In this document: piece after piece, positions 11,493-25,600 of the stretch
How the letters are laid out: each line of letters opens with the position of its first letter
Numbering within the stretch: the stretch's first letter is position 1
Source: Camelus dromedarius
Taxonomy: Eukaryota
Direction of reading: 5' to 3'
Assembly: GCF_036321535.1 (NCBI RefSeq)
Contig: NC_087436.1
Coordinates: 122,886,001-122,946,000, forward strand
Length of the DNA: 60,000 nt
The notes under the pieces: generated by a model
Told to the model about the DNA's origin: nothing
What the model saw: only the letters and a program-made list of their open reading frames with translations
The model's database searches: none
Position numbers and translations under genes: made by a program

Positions 11493-12360
11493 GAGGCCCC
11501 GCGTGCCCTCAGTCACGTCACAGCGCTGGCAAGTCCCTCGCGCAGTGGATAAACATCTCGGCCTTCAGATGCCAGCGCTGGGGTGGGACGGGCACCACCT
11601 GTGGCCTCCCTGCTGGCTGCGTCTGGTCGCGACTTGGCTCCTGTTCAGCAGCAGTCTGTCTCCAGATGTGGGCTCATGGGTGACCTCCCCACGGGCAGTG
11701 TGCTCCCTCCTCACCCCACTGTCGGGACAGCGCCAGCTGGAAAACAGGCTTATCGGGTTAATTTTAGTCCTTTATGGTGCGGTTACCTGAAACTTGTCCA
11801 GAAACTTCTGGATCCTCCCACCTGGGTCAGGCCCACTGCCAAGGTGTGTAACAGGCAGGAAGCAGGTGCCACCCCTTCTGCACTTGGGAAGCCTGAGGCT
11901 GGGCAGGCCGTGCGCCTCCACGTGGGCTGGCGTTTCTGTGTGGGGCAGGGGCAGGAGGGAGCCCTGTGCGAGATGACCAGCGTCCCATGTCAGGAAATGC
12001 CCACGTGTTATAAAACCCTGAACAGTGCGGTGTTTCTGTGTGTGGGACGTGGGAAGGTAGGTGAGCATGCCCGCAGAGAGGACTCTCGAGCGGACGACAC
12101 GGCCACAGGCGTCGGGGGAGGCGGTGCTCCCTGCAGGCGGAGCCTGGCTCTGGGCTGGGGCCTGGGTGTCAGCCTGGCCCACGGTTCTAAACCCTTACTC
12201 TTCATCCCCCGCCTCATGCTCATGTTTTCAGCATTTCCTGTTCTTTGTTGCTTTTCACATATGAGTGTCGGTCAACCCTCATCCACCCTACCCCTTGGGG
12301 TCAGCTGACCACTGGCATCAGCATGTCAATTATTTCAATTATCTCCATTGGAAAGACAAA

Positions 12361-12370
12361 ATTAAATAAA
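12361..12370 (+). terminator. Overlapping ATTAAA/AATAAA polyadenylation signals, candidate RNF212 3' end
   Basis: attaaataaa, about 870 bp downstream of the putative stop, in a local AT-rich patch. Confidence 0.55.
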
Positions 12371-15300
12371 ATATCCAAATGTTGGTGCAAGCCCTGTAGC
12401 AAAAACGACGTCACACCAGCCCAGACTCCTCACCAGTGCACGTGCGGACGTCCAGGCTCAGCCCAGACACTGACAAGTGGGGTGTCGGGCGTCGGGGGCC
12501 CAGGCCCAGCAGCAGGGGGGAGGGCCGTCCGGGGTCGAGTGAGCGGGTCACAGTGCTCCTGGCCCCTGCAGGGTCCGGGCCCCAGCGTGTGCTGCTCTCG
12601 TCTGGCCCGGTGGCTGGGGTGGGAGCTGCACCCACAGGGGCCTGATGGACACTCTTGGCAGTGTTGGGGCCTCGGTGTCTCGTCTGCCAAGTGGAAATTA
12701 AGTGCAGCCACCATGATTTAGGAGGACACAGTGGTGGGTGTCCTGACAGCCATAGCCCAGTGACCATGCTGACCACCAGTTCTCCGCCTGGGCCTTCCCT
12801 TTTTTGCAGCCAGCGTGCAGTCATGAGTCAGAGCCGGATGCCCTGCAGGGACACAGGAGGGCGTCCGAGCAGGGCCTTGTGTGGACAAGAGTGTGTCTCA
12901 CGTAAAATCGCCCCACAAGTGCTGAGAAGTGTGAACACTCCTGCTGGTGATGTGTAAGGAAAGTCTGAGTGTTGAGGGAAAGATCTCTGAGGCTAAAGTG
13001 AACGTGGGGCACAGGAGACTCACCGCCGCCATGTGGGCCTCGGGGGTTCTTGGAGGGGCCGGCCAGGGGAGGGGATCCTGGGTCCCGAGTGGCGGCTCAG
13101 GAGATGAGGTGAGGCTGGTTCGGACTGGTCCACGTCTGTGTCCCGGCTCTGCTGCCAACAGCGCTGCTGCCATGAGCGAGCCAGAGGGCAGAGCATCTTC
13201 GCCTCAGGCCCGCTGTGGGGACAGGGACCGCGTCCTCAGCTCAGCTCGACTCCGCGCTGCTCCGTCCTGGGCGCCAGAGGGCGCTGCACCCGGCGCGTGC
13301 AGCCGCTGTAGCAGGAGGGACTGGAGGAAGCCCTGAAGACGAGGACGACGTGGCTGCACCCGAGCGCCCTGCACGAATGGGGACCGCGGAGCAGGGCCTC
13401 AAACGGTTGCCTGTGGCACAGCCTGCCCCACCCGGTCTGTGCCGAGCGCCAGGAGCGCCAGCTCTGGGGGCGCAGCACCACGCCTGCGTGCTACAGCGTG
13501 TCCTGTTGGGATGTGCGTGTCACCACATTCTGTCTCTTGTGTCATTTAAATCCCTTCTGGGACGACACGTCACGGGTGCTACGTCAGTACTGGGTGCTGG
13601 AGCTGCTCTCCTGGTTTTTACTTTGTTCTTCGTTTTCCTTTAATTACAAGATGATGCCTGTTTGTTCCGACTCCGGGACAGAGCGAGTAGGAGCTGTGTC
13701 CCCTCCCGCCAGCCCCGCAGGCGCGTCCTCGGCCACCGACCTAGGGTGGCCTCACTCACCCTCCAGCTGTGTCCTATCTCTCAGAAGTCTGGCCTGGTGG
13801 GTCAGATCATCTGTGACTTTAGTAAAAAAAAAAAAATCACGACCTGCTGGGTCGTGAGCTCCTCCCGTGGCTCTTCTGGGCCGGGGGGGCGTGGTTGCCC
13901 TCAGTGGCCCATGCTCTGCAGGCACGTGGTGTCCTCATACCCACATCAGCAGCCTGATGGCCAGCACCACAGGCACACCATCCTCAGTGCCTGCAATGGG
14001 CACCACGGGGACGGGGCTGCGAAAGGGCATGGAGGCTCAGCAGGGCAGGGGTGTTGGATTGAGACCCCAGCAAGTCTTGCACACCCTGAAGCCCGTGACC
14101 CAGGAAAGCCAGGGAGGGAACAGACCCTGAGGATACCCCCTGGGGAGCCAGAGGGTGCTGGACAGGCAGATGGCCCAGAGAGAGGCACTCAGCTGGGGAC
14201 AGGGAGACGTAAGGGGCCCAGAGGGTTCCCAGAGACCTGACATGGGGCTGGGCTGGGGGAGGAGGCCCAGGAAGACCCCAGGAGAGGTGAGACGGGGCTG
14301 GAGGACAAGGCGAGGGCTGCAGGGTGGGCAGCACCACAGGCCTGGGGATTGGCAGTCTCCCCCACGGTGGGAAACACTGGCTGTGTTGGAGAAACTGCCC
14401 CCTACGAAGCACTGGAGGCCACCTTGAAGCAGGCACACGGTGCCCACCAGGGACTCTCCAGTGGACACTCGCCCTTCTCAAATTCTCCATTTTTTAGGGT
14501 TACTTGCAGTGTGGTTCTGTTTATAATTGCACGACATACTAATGTGATTCTAAAGTCAGATCTACCCAGAAGGCCATCTTCCAAGAATCCTTGTGTCCAT
14601 CTGGCCCCCGCCTGCTGCCCACTCCCCTGGACAAAACCAGTCTTAGGTTCCGGCTTCCATTTTTAACATAAGGAAATTTTCTGGCCCCTCTTAGATGAAA
14701 ACATCTTCACTCCCCGGGTCTGGGGCGTTGCAGGCCCCGAGCGCCAGGACCTCGTGGGCGGCCAGCACTCTGCCCAGTGTTTCCCAGCTGCTGCCCGCCT
14801 TGCCCAAGGTCGTCAAAGGCACTGGGGACACTTTGCAGGAGGAGAGGACAGGGCCTCCAGGCTCTGGAGGATGCCGGGCCTTCTGTAGGCATTGGCAGTC
14901 TCTAAGAGACAAGGCTGAGACCATCTGGCAGAAAGCTCGTTTTTAGCCATAAAATTTCCATGGATGAATAGTGTCGAGTTGGGTATTAATTTACAGTTGC
15001 TGGATGTGTTTTTCAAAAGTGAAAGGAAGGGTTCCAACTAGAACCTTTTCCCAGCACACAAGTGAACTGCTGAGAGCCAGGGGCCAGCCCTCCGCCAGCC
15101 CCATGAGGAGTTTTATAGAATAATCCAGAAAGCCTGCAGGACAGACAGAAGACAGAGGAGGCTCTGAGCTCAGGAGAGGTGCTGGCCCGAAGGAGCCAGG
15201 TCTGGGCTCTGCAGCCCCCACTGCTGCCTGGTGCTGGGCCGTCCTGGGGGAGTGGCCCCCCACCAGGCTTCCCCTGCCTGGAACCGACCGACCCCAGTGG

Positions 15301-16284
15301 AGTGGGCCCTTCCGCAGGCCTGTTCATGTGGTGGCCCCAGGAGCATAAAGATCCTTTCACGCCCCGCAGTGGGCTGTGAAGGAGGTTTTGAACGAGTCTT
15401 CTTTCCAGACTAAGAGGAAATTCCTAGAATTCTTCGGTGGTAAATCCAGGTCCCTGGTTCAAGCCCAGGGAGCCACAGAGCCAGGGTGCATGTGACAGGA
15501 GGAGGGTGGGGCGCACCTCCTCAGGACCCCCAGGTCCCAGGGGTCTGCCTGTAAAGGAAGAGTCCGCAGTCCTCGTGCCGGAGCCGCTTGGCGCTGCCCT
15601 CGGCGGGCGTCCCACCAGGCCTCAAGCTCCAAATCCCTCCTGCCAGCTGTGAGTCAGGGTCCAAAGCCCGGAGAGGCCCCGGGGCAGGGGCGGCCACCAC
15701 AGCCAACGAGCTCCCAGGCACAGCTGCCAGCTCTGCGGCTTGGAAACCGCGCGCTCCCCCGCGACGGGGACGCACTGGCACGCCCACCTGGGCTCTGGGC
15801 CGTCCGCCCCCACCTCTGCTTGGGCTCCACTGTTCAGTCCTTCATCTCAACTTGCAGTTTGGAAAGAACCCCACACTTGCAGGAAAGTCACAAAGTATGA
15901 CTGATGCCAAGAACACGCCACACAGTCCCGGACTCGCCCGTCGCTGGAGTGCCCGCCTGCTCCACCCCGTGGGCTGCGGCTCTCGGTGCACGTGCCCTCA
16001 TGTGTCTGCCATGCACACTTTTCAAGTGCGGTGGTTCCTTGTGGCTAAGGGAGGCGCTCCGGACGGAGAACCACATACATGTGTTCCCAGGGCATCGAGG
16101 GTCAGCACAGGAGCTGTGGCACCTCCCGCGTGCACGTGTGGACTGGCAGTGGACACACCTCCACCCGTCAGCACCACTCCCTTTGCCTCCTCAGTTTTGA
16201 GGGACACGACTAGGGTGCAGTAAAATGCTCTCTGGTGGGCGTCCTGATACCCAGTGCAGACACTCACAGCCCTGTGTCTCTGTC

Positions 16285-16600
16285 TGTGCTCAAGTCCACC
16301 GACCGGGCCGGGACGAGGCTCAGGACCTGCTGGTGGGGGCCCCACGCTTCCCACGCTGAAGGGCTTGGCACTAAAACTTCCAACCGGTCACAGGTATAAA
16401 TGCAGTAAAGGAAAGAATGACTAGAAAATGAAATTCTAGAAGATATGAAACACAGCTTGTTTCTTTCTTACAAGATCCAACAGAAGCACAATTCCCTGAC
16501 TGACTGCGACAGAAGTTTCTAAGCGCCCGGCTCACCCCCTTCACGCATCTCTCCAGGGAGGGGTCACCAGCAGCTCAGGGAGGGAACTACAGCCTCCACC
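16285..16600. mobile_element. Probable hAT-Charlie DNA transposon remnant
   Basis: An AT-rich core (gaaaatgaaattctagaagatatgaaacacag ... agatccaacagaagcacaatt ... gaagtttctaagcg) resembles a recalled Charlie-family consensus. The family is unverified. Confidence 0.45.
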
Positions 16601-19600
16601 CTGTCCGCTGACTCAGGGGACAGGGACCCTGCCCATCCCTCCCTCCCTGACAATGCAAAGTGAAAAGTCTGAGTGTCCTGAGGTCAGCTTGGCCCACGAG
16701 GTGGGGTGTTACCTGAGCTCAGCTTGGACGAGGGAGCAGGGTGGGGTCCCTGCTGCCCCAGAGCCCACCCGGCTGGCAGGCTGTGCCCAGCCTGGTTTGG
16801 AGAAACTTTAGGAGCCCTCAGCTTCTCAGCCGCCTGGGGTCCCAGGTCCCCACCTCCATGGCACCCCCATCACAGGAGGCATGCCCAGGGCGGGAGGACG
16901 TGGGCAGTGGGGCCAAGGAGGCAGCCAGCCAGCCCGTGGTTGTGGGGCAGGGGTCCCCCCAAGGGTGACAGTGGAGCGCATGCCCTGAGCCAGCTCTGAG
17001 GTCTGCTGCAGCAGCGACCGGCGGGGACCACGTCCCCCAGCCACTCAGGATACACGTGAACCTGCTGGACATGTGCAAATGACACATCGGCCCTTGGCCC
17101 CTTCCAGGACTTTCTCTCTAAGGGTTTCCTTTCCCAGCCTCATTTAATTCTCAGTTTTTTCTCTGGACACAGTGGTGAGCAACTCAGGACTTCTCCTGTC
17201 TGGTGGCCTGCTGTGCTACCGGCTCCCAGCTTATGTCTGAGAACATGTCAGAAATTTGATCTCACATGGGACACGCTGCTGCTGAAGGACAGCCCCAGGA
17301 TCCCAGTGACATCCCTGCCCTTGGTCACTGGCCGGCCAGCAGCTCCCATGGGCCCAGGGGCTGGACAACAGGCAGTTCCCACCTCTTCTGGGAGTGGGGA
17401 CGTTTTCTCTCAGCACCGGGGGTCCCACAGGAGCTGCCCCAGCGAGTGAGCACTGACTACAGCAATGGGAGTTAGCGTGATGCTGTTCCCAGGGGAGGCG
17501 GGCCACGTGTTGCTAGTGGTCACTGCTCTGCCTGCTGGAATCATGGAACACAGGGCTGGCCGTGCCCACAGCCCAGGACCTCGGCACTGGGTGGGGCCTG
17601 AGGCTCAGGACAGGCACACACAGCTGCCTCCCAGGAGCCCAACAGGGAGAGTGGCTGCAAGTCCGGCGTGCTCAGGGTCAGCGCAGGGTGGGTGAAGCCG
17701 CAGGACGAGGGCTGGCAGATTCCCGAGGCAGCAGGAGTCCCTGTGAGGCTGCATGTGGGATGGGGTGGGTAATCTCTCCTCGTCTTTCCAAGTGTATTTT
17801 AATCACCATAATCTTCATTTGGAAAATTACTTCAGAAGAGCCTGCCAGACCTGAGGAACCCCGAACACGCTCCCTGACAGCATTATTTGTCAGACAGGAA
17901 CACGCCGGGTGGCCACAACAGCGCTCGCAGTGCAGGACTCAGGCTACACTGGGCAGCTCGGGCACCGTCCTGAGCAGCAGACAGCGAGGCCCGTCCGGGC
18001 TCCATGGAGGCTGTGCAGACCCGGAGCCCGGGACCTGCCCCACCTGATGGTGGAGCTGACCTGCTACGGTTCTGTGCCCCAGAGACAGGGCACCCCAGCC
18101 CTGGAAGGGTCAGCAGCAGGCTTGGGGCTCAGGTACCCCACTGAGACTCCAGGGTGTCTCCCCAGATTGCCCCCTCCCAGCTGACATGTGGGCCAGGCAC
18201 AGGCCTGGCCCCTAGGACTGCCCAGAGCTGCGTCCGGCACTGGCATGCCCAGGCCAGGAGCACCCTGCCACGCAGTGAGGCCTGGTGTGTCCTCAGAGGC
18301 TGGGTGCTGGTGGGCGGGGGGTGCCTCACACGCCCCTCACAGGAGGAGTGGGTGCCTGGACCCTCAGAGCGTCAGAGGAAGGGAAATTTCGCAGCTGCAG
18401 AAGCACGGGGGTGTGGGAAGAATTCCGTAACGGGTCACGGCCTCTAGAGCCTCACAAAGCCATTTTCAGGAAACATGTTTCCTCTAGTCATGGAAACATG
18501 GACACACGGCCTTGATCCCACAGAGCGTGGGGCCACGGGCAGGGGCGACACTCAGGGAGTTGGGGCTCAGGGCACTCGAGGGCACAGAACACTGGGTGAG
18601 AGAGGCCAGGCTTGGTCCAGCTCGGCCCTCAAACCTGGCAGGAGCGCAAAGGGACGCCATACCGAGCTGACCAGACTCAGGCACCAGCGCTGCCCCTCCT
18701 GCCCGGCCTCCTCGCCCCCACGCCGCTCCCCCGGGACACCGGGCCGGCGACTGGGTGAGCGTGAGTCGGCGTGTGGCCACCAGGCTAGTGTCACTGGGGT
18801 GACTCAGGCCCCTGCAGTGGGGGCTGACCTGGGAGGACGGAGAGTGCGGGAGTGAGGCGTCCCTTGCTCTCACATCCAGAAGCAGCGGGGGCCTCCGGCG
18901 CAGCCCTCGGACAGGCTTCAGCCATAGGCACCACCTGTGTAGGGGCCAGCGTGGTGGCTCTGTCCTGCCCTGGCTGACTCCGGCACCTTTGGGACCCTCC
19001 CTGGCAAGCCCCTTCCTGCTCCTGGGCCCTGTGACGCTGTCAGACCCCACAAGGTGCCTGGACCCCTGCGCGGGCGGATGGAGGGATGCGGGTGACGAGA
19101 TGAGGGCGTGGACGCCTGCATGTGTGTCGGCGGGAACATTGTGGGGAGGGTGGGAGGGGGACCTGCTGCCCCGCCCCAGCTGGGGGTCATGCGTACCCCG
19201 TCCTGGGGGCTGTGGTCTTCCGCGGCAGCTGCTGCTTCTGGCCCCAGGTGACCCGGTCCTGGGTCCTGTCTCCGGCCTCAGGCCGCAGGGAGTGAGCCTG
19301 GTGGGGTGAGCAGGACCCCTGGGCGGGGCCCCCGGTGCGTCCCCCAGGCTGGTGGTCGCAGCACCCTTTCAGAACTTCCTCCCACGCCGATGCCTCTGGG
19401 CACCTCATTCTCACTTACACTGCTGCGGGTCTTTGCGTTTTTACATCTTAGACTGAAATTTGGCAGGAAAACCTTCGGTCTCAGGACTTTCCTGAGCCAG
19501 GGCCCCGGGCTGGCGAGCGGGGAGCGCGGCCCCACGGGGGTGGGGCGGGCATCCTTGCCGCAGAGTGTGTTTTCTTTTCTGTGGAGCCTGGAGTTGGCAG

Positions 19601-22600
19601 CTCTGAGGGAGGCACGTCTTGTGAGCTGTGGGCCCTTCTGAGCACAAACCAGGAGGGCATTCTATTCCCCTTGGAGGACACACAGAAGTAGCTTCCTGGT
19701 GCGTGACGCGGTGCTGGGGCCCCCCTGAGGCCCGTCTGCTGGTCCCCCACCTTGGGGAGGAGCTGGGGTTACCATGGTGTCTGGAATCCCCCACAGGATC
19801 ACAGCCTCCACGGGGGGCATGCAGCAAGGCCAGATCCAAAAGCAAGGTGGGCCTCGGCCGGCTGTGCAGCGGGCCAGCGCCTGGCCTCCTGGAACCACCT
19901 CCAGCCCGAGCTCAGAGGACCTGCCACTGGAGGCCAAGACCTTCCACCCAGGCCGGCTTCCTGTCCACACCGGCCCGGCTGGGCGGGCTCGTCACACAGG
20001 CAGCCGTCAGGTGTGCAGGCCAGAGCCGCCAGCCTTCTACCCGACACAGGGCAGCCCCACTTCCCAGTGCAAAGAGCTTGAATCCAGTCCTTGGAAGCAT
20101 TTCCAGTTGTTCTTGGCATCAGAGAGAGCCTTCCGTGAGCCTAGGGATGCAGCCTGTTGACGCAGGGGTCCCAGTTTACCCAGTGGGCACTTCTGCCATC
20201 TGCTGTACCAAGAATGTTCCTGCGTTCCAGAGGAAACAGGCCAGATGGAGCGGGACCTGCGCTGGGCTGGTGGGCACAGCCCTCACCCCTGGCAGGGGGC
20301 ACCTGGCTTGGAGAGCCACAGGTACCAGGGCAGCAGATGGAGGAAACCCAAGACCTCTGCCTCCTCCCTAGAAACCTGGTTTCCCTGTTGTGCCAGGCGC
20401 ACTGGGGGCCTGAGCCCTGCCCTGACCCCTGCCCTGACCCCTGAGTGTAGGGGAGGCTAGGGACACGCCCAGACTTACCCTGAATACATGCTCATACGTG
20501 CACAGATGCACACACATTCACATATGCACAACAAGCCCAGCCCCTGCACACACAACCGCAGCACCAGGGGACAGGACAGCTCCCAGAGCAACCCCACCAC
20601 CCTGCACCTGGAGACCCCAGATGCCGGATTTGCAGCCAGTTCCTCCCGTCCTACTGGAGAGGCCTTGTCCTGGCTGGCTCGTCCAGGCACACTTGGACTG
20701 AGAGCAGCACCCCCTAACTCGAGGCCTGAAGCTGGTGGATGACCACTTGGGATAGAGAACCCCTCTGTGACAGCTCTCTCCAACTCCGGGCCACACCGGC
20801 CTTGGTTGCCCACGTCCCTGGACCTGGGCCTGCGCCTCCAGTGTCCCTGGGCCCTGCCGATGGAGGTGTCCCGGCAGAACTGCAGATCAGCCCTGCCCGC
20901 CTGGCCCTCTACCGGGCCTCCCTTGGCCTCAGGAAACTGGATATATTTGTAATTTTTTAAAAGCTCAGAGCCATTTTTCAAAACGAGGCTGTTTTTCCAG
21001 TGGAAACTGTAACATGAGCCCAGAACCGTTCCCACTCACCCCTTCGGCACGTGAGACCAGCGGCCGCTTGCGCTCGCTCGCTCGCTCCACTCTGCTAGGG
21101 TCACACAGACCCAGCTCCTGCACCCCCAGGGGTGGTCCGCCTGGCGCCTGCCCTCCCCCGTCAACCCTGCGGTGACTGACGGGGGACGGCAGGGCTGCTG
21201 GCCCGTGTGCAGGAGGGAGCTGGAGAGCCCGGAGGAGGCCCTGAGGGCCCTATGGCTGAGGGAGCTATGCTCCCTCCTCTTGCCCCGCTGCCTCTGCTTC
21301 CCTCAGACCCCAAGTGCACCTGCACCCAGCCAGGCGCCAGGGGTGTGAGCGGCTGCCCGCAGGCACTTGGCTCCTGGCAGCCCAGCGCCCTCAAGGACAC
21401 GACTCCCTGGGCCAGTGGGCCGCAGTTCTGGCTCACCCTTCCCGGGTCACTCAGGCTGGGCCCATCTGCACCCACTTCTTGTCCTCAGAAGAGCAGCCAC
21501 CTCCCCCTGTGTCGGCTTAAGCAACAAAAACGGGGACGGTGTCATTGGCTTCACAGCTCCCAGGCCCCAGGAGGCAGCGTCCAGCAGTGCATTTTAGCTG
21601 TTTGTGGGGTGGGGCCTCCCAGCACCCCGGTGGCTGGCACTGGCAGACTCAGGGAAGTTTCCTGTGATGGTGCCGTGGTGGCTGGCTTCACCCATGCTCA
21701 CGATAGGAAACAGGGGGGGCCCAGCCTCCTTCCCCCACACCACAGGGGGCATGTCTCCCACCTGCCCTAGACGCCGAGCTTTAGGCCTCTGACGCAGATG
21801 TGTCCTAGAGGACGGGCCCCTTGGGCTGGACACACCTGCGCACACCTGCTGGTCCCTTGGGTCCCTGGTGCTGAGGAGCTGGCCAGGCAGAGGCAGGTCC
21901 CCTCCACAGCGGCCTCTTCCCCTGTGGACAGCAAACCGCCCTCTGCCCCTGGCAGGGAAGGGCCACCCTGGAGGCAGGCACAGGGGCTCCCCTCAGGCTC
22001 CCCTCCTAAGCTGAGGGTCCCTCCAGGCCCAGAGGGACAAGGCAAGTGCCTGTACCACCACCTCCCATGAGGGAGGGTCTGGGGCTCCCTCCAGCACACC
22101 TGACCCTGCTGCCCGCCCGCCATCCCCCGCCATCCCCTCGGCAACACGTTCCATCCTGTAGTGTGAACATTCATCCTTCTTCATGATTTGTCCCCCCCCT
22201 GCCCGAGGGAAGCCTGCCCTCGGTCCCCTGCCGGGCGTCCGGGAGAGCAGGGGCTCCTGGGAACAGCCAGGGTGGGTGGCGGCTCCCACGCCGCTTGGTC
22301 CTGAGTGTGCAGCCTGGGCTGCAGGAGGGGCCGTCACTGTGGGAGGTGCTGTCGGACTGGAGGGACAGCCATGGGACAGCACCCCCGTGTCTCACTCCCT
22401 TGGCTCTGACAGCCTCCCGGAGGGGCACTGGGTGCTGGGCAGAGGGTGGGCTGGGGCCTCACTGGGGCCTGAGGGCTTCAGGAGGTCAGCCCTGCCAGGG
22501 GCCAGGGACCTCAGGCCCAGCTGCCCTCACAGAGCCCAGCCTCCTCTTGACCTCGGGCCAGAGTGGGTGGGGCGGGCTGGGACCCCTGCCCTGGGGCCAG

Positions 22601-25600
22601 CAGGGCTGAGAGACTGTCCAGGTGTTTGCTACCAGCCTCCTGCAGGATACCTCGGGCCCCAGCCCATCCAGGAGAGCTCTTAGTGGCCAGCAGGAAGCCA
22701 GTAGGGAGTCCAGCAGACCAACAGTTGAGGGAGCCAGGGCAAGGCTGGGGGGACTGGGGGCATGGCGACACCAGAGGTGGAGCCCTTTCCTGGGTGTGGG
22801 GGAGAGTGGGCCACGGTGTTGGAGCCTCAGAGTTCCATGCAAACAGCCCCACGGCCACGGGCTGCAGGGCCAGCAGCTGCCAGGAAGGCTGGAGGCTGGG
22901 CCTGGGCAAGCAGGGCGCAAACGCCAGAGCCCCTCCACCCACGCCCAGGAAGGAGCCCCACCTCCTGTTTTGTCTGTGGGTCTGTGCAGCCCCTGGTGAG
23001 TGACTGCTGGTACAGCCAATCCACACACGCACGCCTGTGTGCACACGCGTCCCCAGGTGGGGGAGCCCTGGCCCCTCGCAGGTTCCAGGCCTCAGAGTCC
23101 CTCTCCTTGCCCTGAGGGCACTCTGGTTCACCAGCACTGCTGGCCCACGGCAGATCCCTTCCTGCTAGGTGGCCGAGACTGGGCCTCAGGGATACGGCGA
23201 CAGCCCCCTGCCCTCCAGGGTCTTCCCACCCTGGGTGAGCTTTAGGCCTCAGGCCATCCCAGAGGGTCCAGCACCAGACCTGAGCGGATGGTGGGCACCA
23301 AGGCCCCAGTGGAAGTCACCCCCAGGTGCTCCTGTCAGGTGATCCGTGAGCTGCTGGATCCCCGGTGGGACTTCCAGGCCAGGATCCAGTCCCCAGGAGG
23401 AAACCTGCTGTGTGTCTGGCCTGGTGGCATCCCCGCCAGGCGCCCCACAGGGCAGAGTCAGCCCTTCCCAGGGGAGACGCAGATCTCAGAGTGACGAAGG
23501 AGCTGCAGAGTTCACCTCTCAGCCCCAGCACAGGCTCATGCAGGCCTGAAACGCATCCAGGAGGGAGACACCAGGCAGCCCGGCCCCTCCCAGCCTGCTG
23601 AGCCCCAGGGGAGAGCCCTCTGGCCCCACGGGTCCTGCCCCAGGCCCCTCTGGGAAGGTCGCATGGAGTGAAGGAAGGTGTGGTGGGGGGGATGGAAGAA
23701 GGGGTCTCAAGCCCTCCACACCCTCATGCACACTCACACATGTCCGTGTGCACACGCGTAAACCCATGTGCATGCACACTCAGGTGTTCACACTCACTCA
23801 TGTGCACCGCGCACCCCCATCCGCAGCCCCTGGCTGCCTTGGATGGGACTGGCAGAGAGGACAGTGCTCCCAGGTGGGTTCTGCTAAACCACCCACTCTC
23901 CAGCCCTGGGGTGAAGGGACAAGCTTGGCTGCTCCAAGGATGGACCACAGACCCCTTGAGGGCTCTGGGGAGTGTCGAGGAGCAAGGTAGGGTATGGGCC
24001 AGCCCCCCAGCTAGCCAGACCTTGCCCCCACCATCCACCCTCAGTGCTTGTCTGGGGCCAGAAGAGGAGGGGAGAAAGGAGTGTGGGGTGAGCGACCACA
24101 GACAGGGGCCATTCTCAGCCTGGAGTAGGGGATGCCCAGGGCTGCCCAGGGCTGCCCAAGACCTGTGCTCAGGCTGAGGTCACCAAACGAGGGTGCGGGG
24201 GCAGGGCCGTGGCTGAGGGCTTCCGGAGGAGCATGCAGGGTAGGTGACGGGGCATAGGTTTCCAGGCCCATGTTCCTGGGACCCGCTACCCCTCCTGGAC
24301 GCCCAGCTGTGACCACTGGGCCCCTCCCGGGAGCGAACCCCTCTGTTTCCTCGGCCAGGCCGGGCCTGGCGTCCGCGGGGGCCCTGGCGGCCAGGGCTGC
24401 TGGCTGGCGCCCCCCCTCATTTCCTCTTGGCCCGCAGGCTCCAGGCGGCGCGGGAACAAAGGGTGGATTGTGCCTCGTTCTGGGCCTGCTCCACGGCCCC
24501 TGCTGCCCCTGCCGGGCCCCCGGGGCGACGTTTGTGTTTGTAGCCAAGAAAGGCTCCTCCAGCCAACCTGCGAGGGCTCAGTGAGCAGACGGCAGAGGGC
24601 CCCAGCCATAGGCCGGGAGCCTGGGAGCCCGTTCCAGGCCAAGCCGGCCCTCTGCCCTCCCTTCCAGCTCTGCAAGTCCAGCGGCAGAAGCTGGGGGTGG
24701 GGGGGCCTCAGCCGTGCTGGCCCTGCACCTTCTGTGCAGACACCTCCTGCCACCAGCCCCAGCTCCTGCCCAACCCAGGCCCCCCATGTCCTGGGACGCC
24801 CACCATCAGGCTGTCCACCCTGCTGGTCCAGAGCAAACACCTCCCACTGTCTGTCCTTTGCCAGTCCTCCCTGTCATCAGGCACCTGGGGATGCCCAATG
24901 CTCAGTGCTGGCTTCAGGGGGCACAAGGGGCCAGGCCTCTTGGTTTCCAAGAGGGCAGGGAAGAGGCAGAGGAATGGCAGCCTGAATTCTGCCTCCAGCA
25001 GCCCCTCCCACCAAGCATTTATTGAATACCAGTGTGTGCAGGTGTGGGCCCAGAGCCCCAGCCCTCCAGAGCCCACAGACGGGGACACTGGCATGGGACA
25101 GACAGTCCAAGGCAAATGCCATCCCATTTTCCAGTCGGGCCCAGGGTCCTGTGGCTGCAGCCCTCCCAGCAGGCAGCCTAGTCCTGCCTGGCTGGCACCT
25201 ACCCTCAGGACACTCTGACAGAGCAGGGATGTGCTCCAAGTGGTCCCCCGGAACCATGGGGCTGGTGGGCGGCTCAAAGCAGTCCCTGACGACGTCTGCA
25301 CCTCAACCACAGGAGCCCAGAGATGCAGGGACGGCAGAGTGGGGGCACTGTCCTCAGCCAGAGAGGGAGCTGAGCCCAGGGCTGGGGTCCCAGTGCGACT
25401 CAGTGTCACCCTGCCATGCCCCCTCAGGATGCCCAGAGGCCTCTGCCCTGGGGCGTGCCCCCTTCCTCCCTCTCCCTCCCCCACTCACACTGTTGGTTTA
25501 GCTCTGGCTGCCGCCGTCAAAGGAGCTTTGTGGCCGAGAGTGGAGCCGGTGCCGATGGTCTTGGAGGGACTCCAGGAACGAGCAGTAGAGGATGGCTTTT

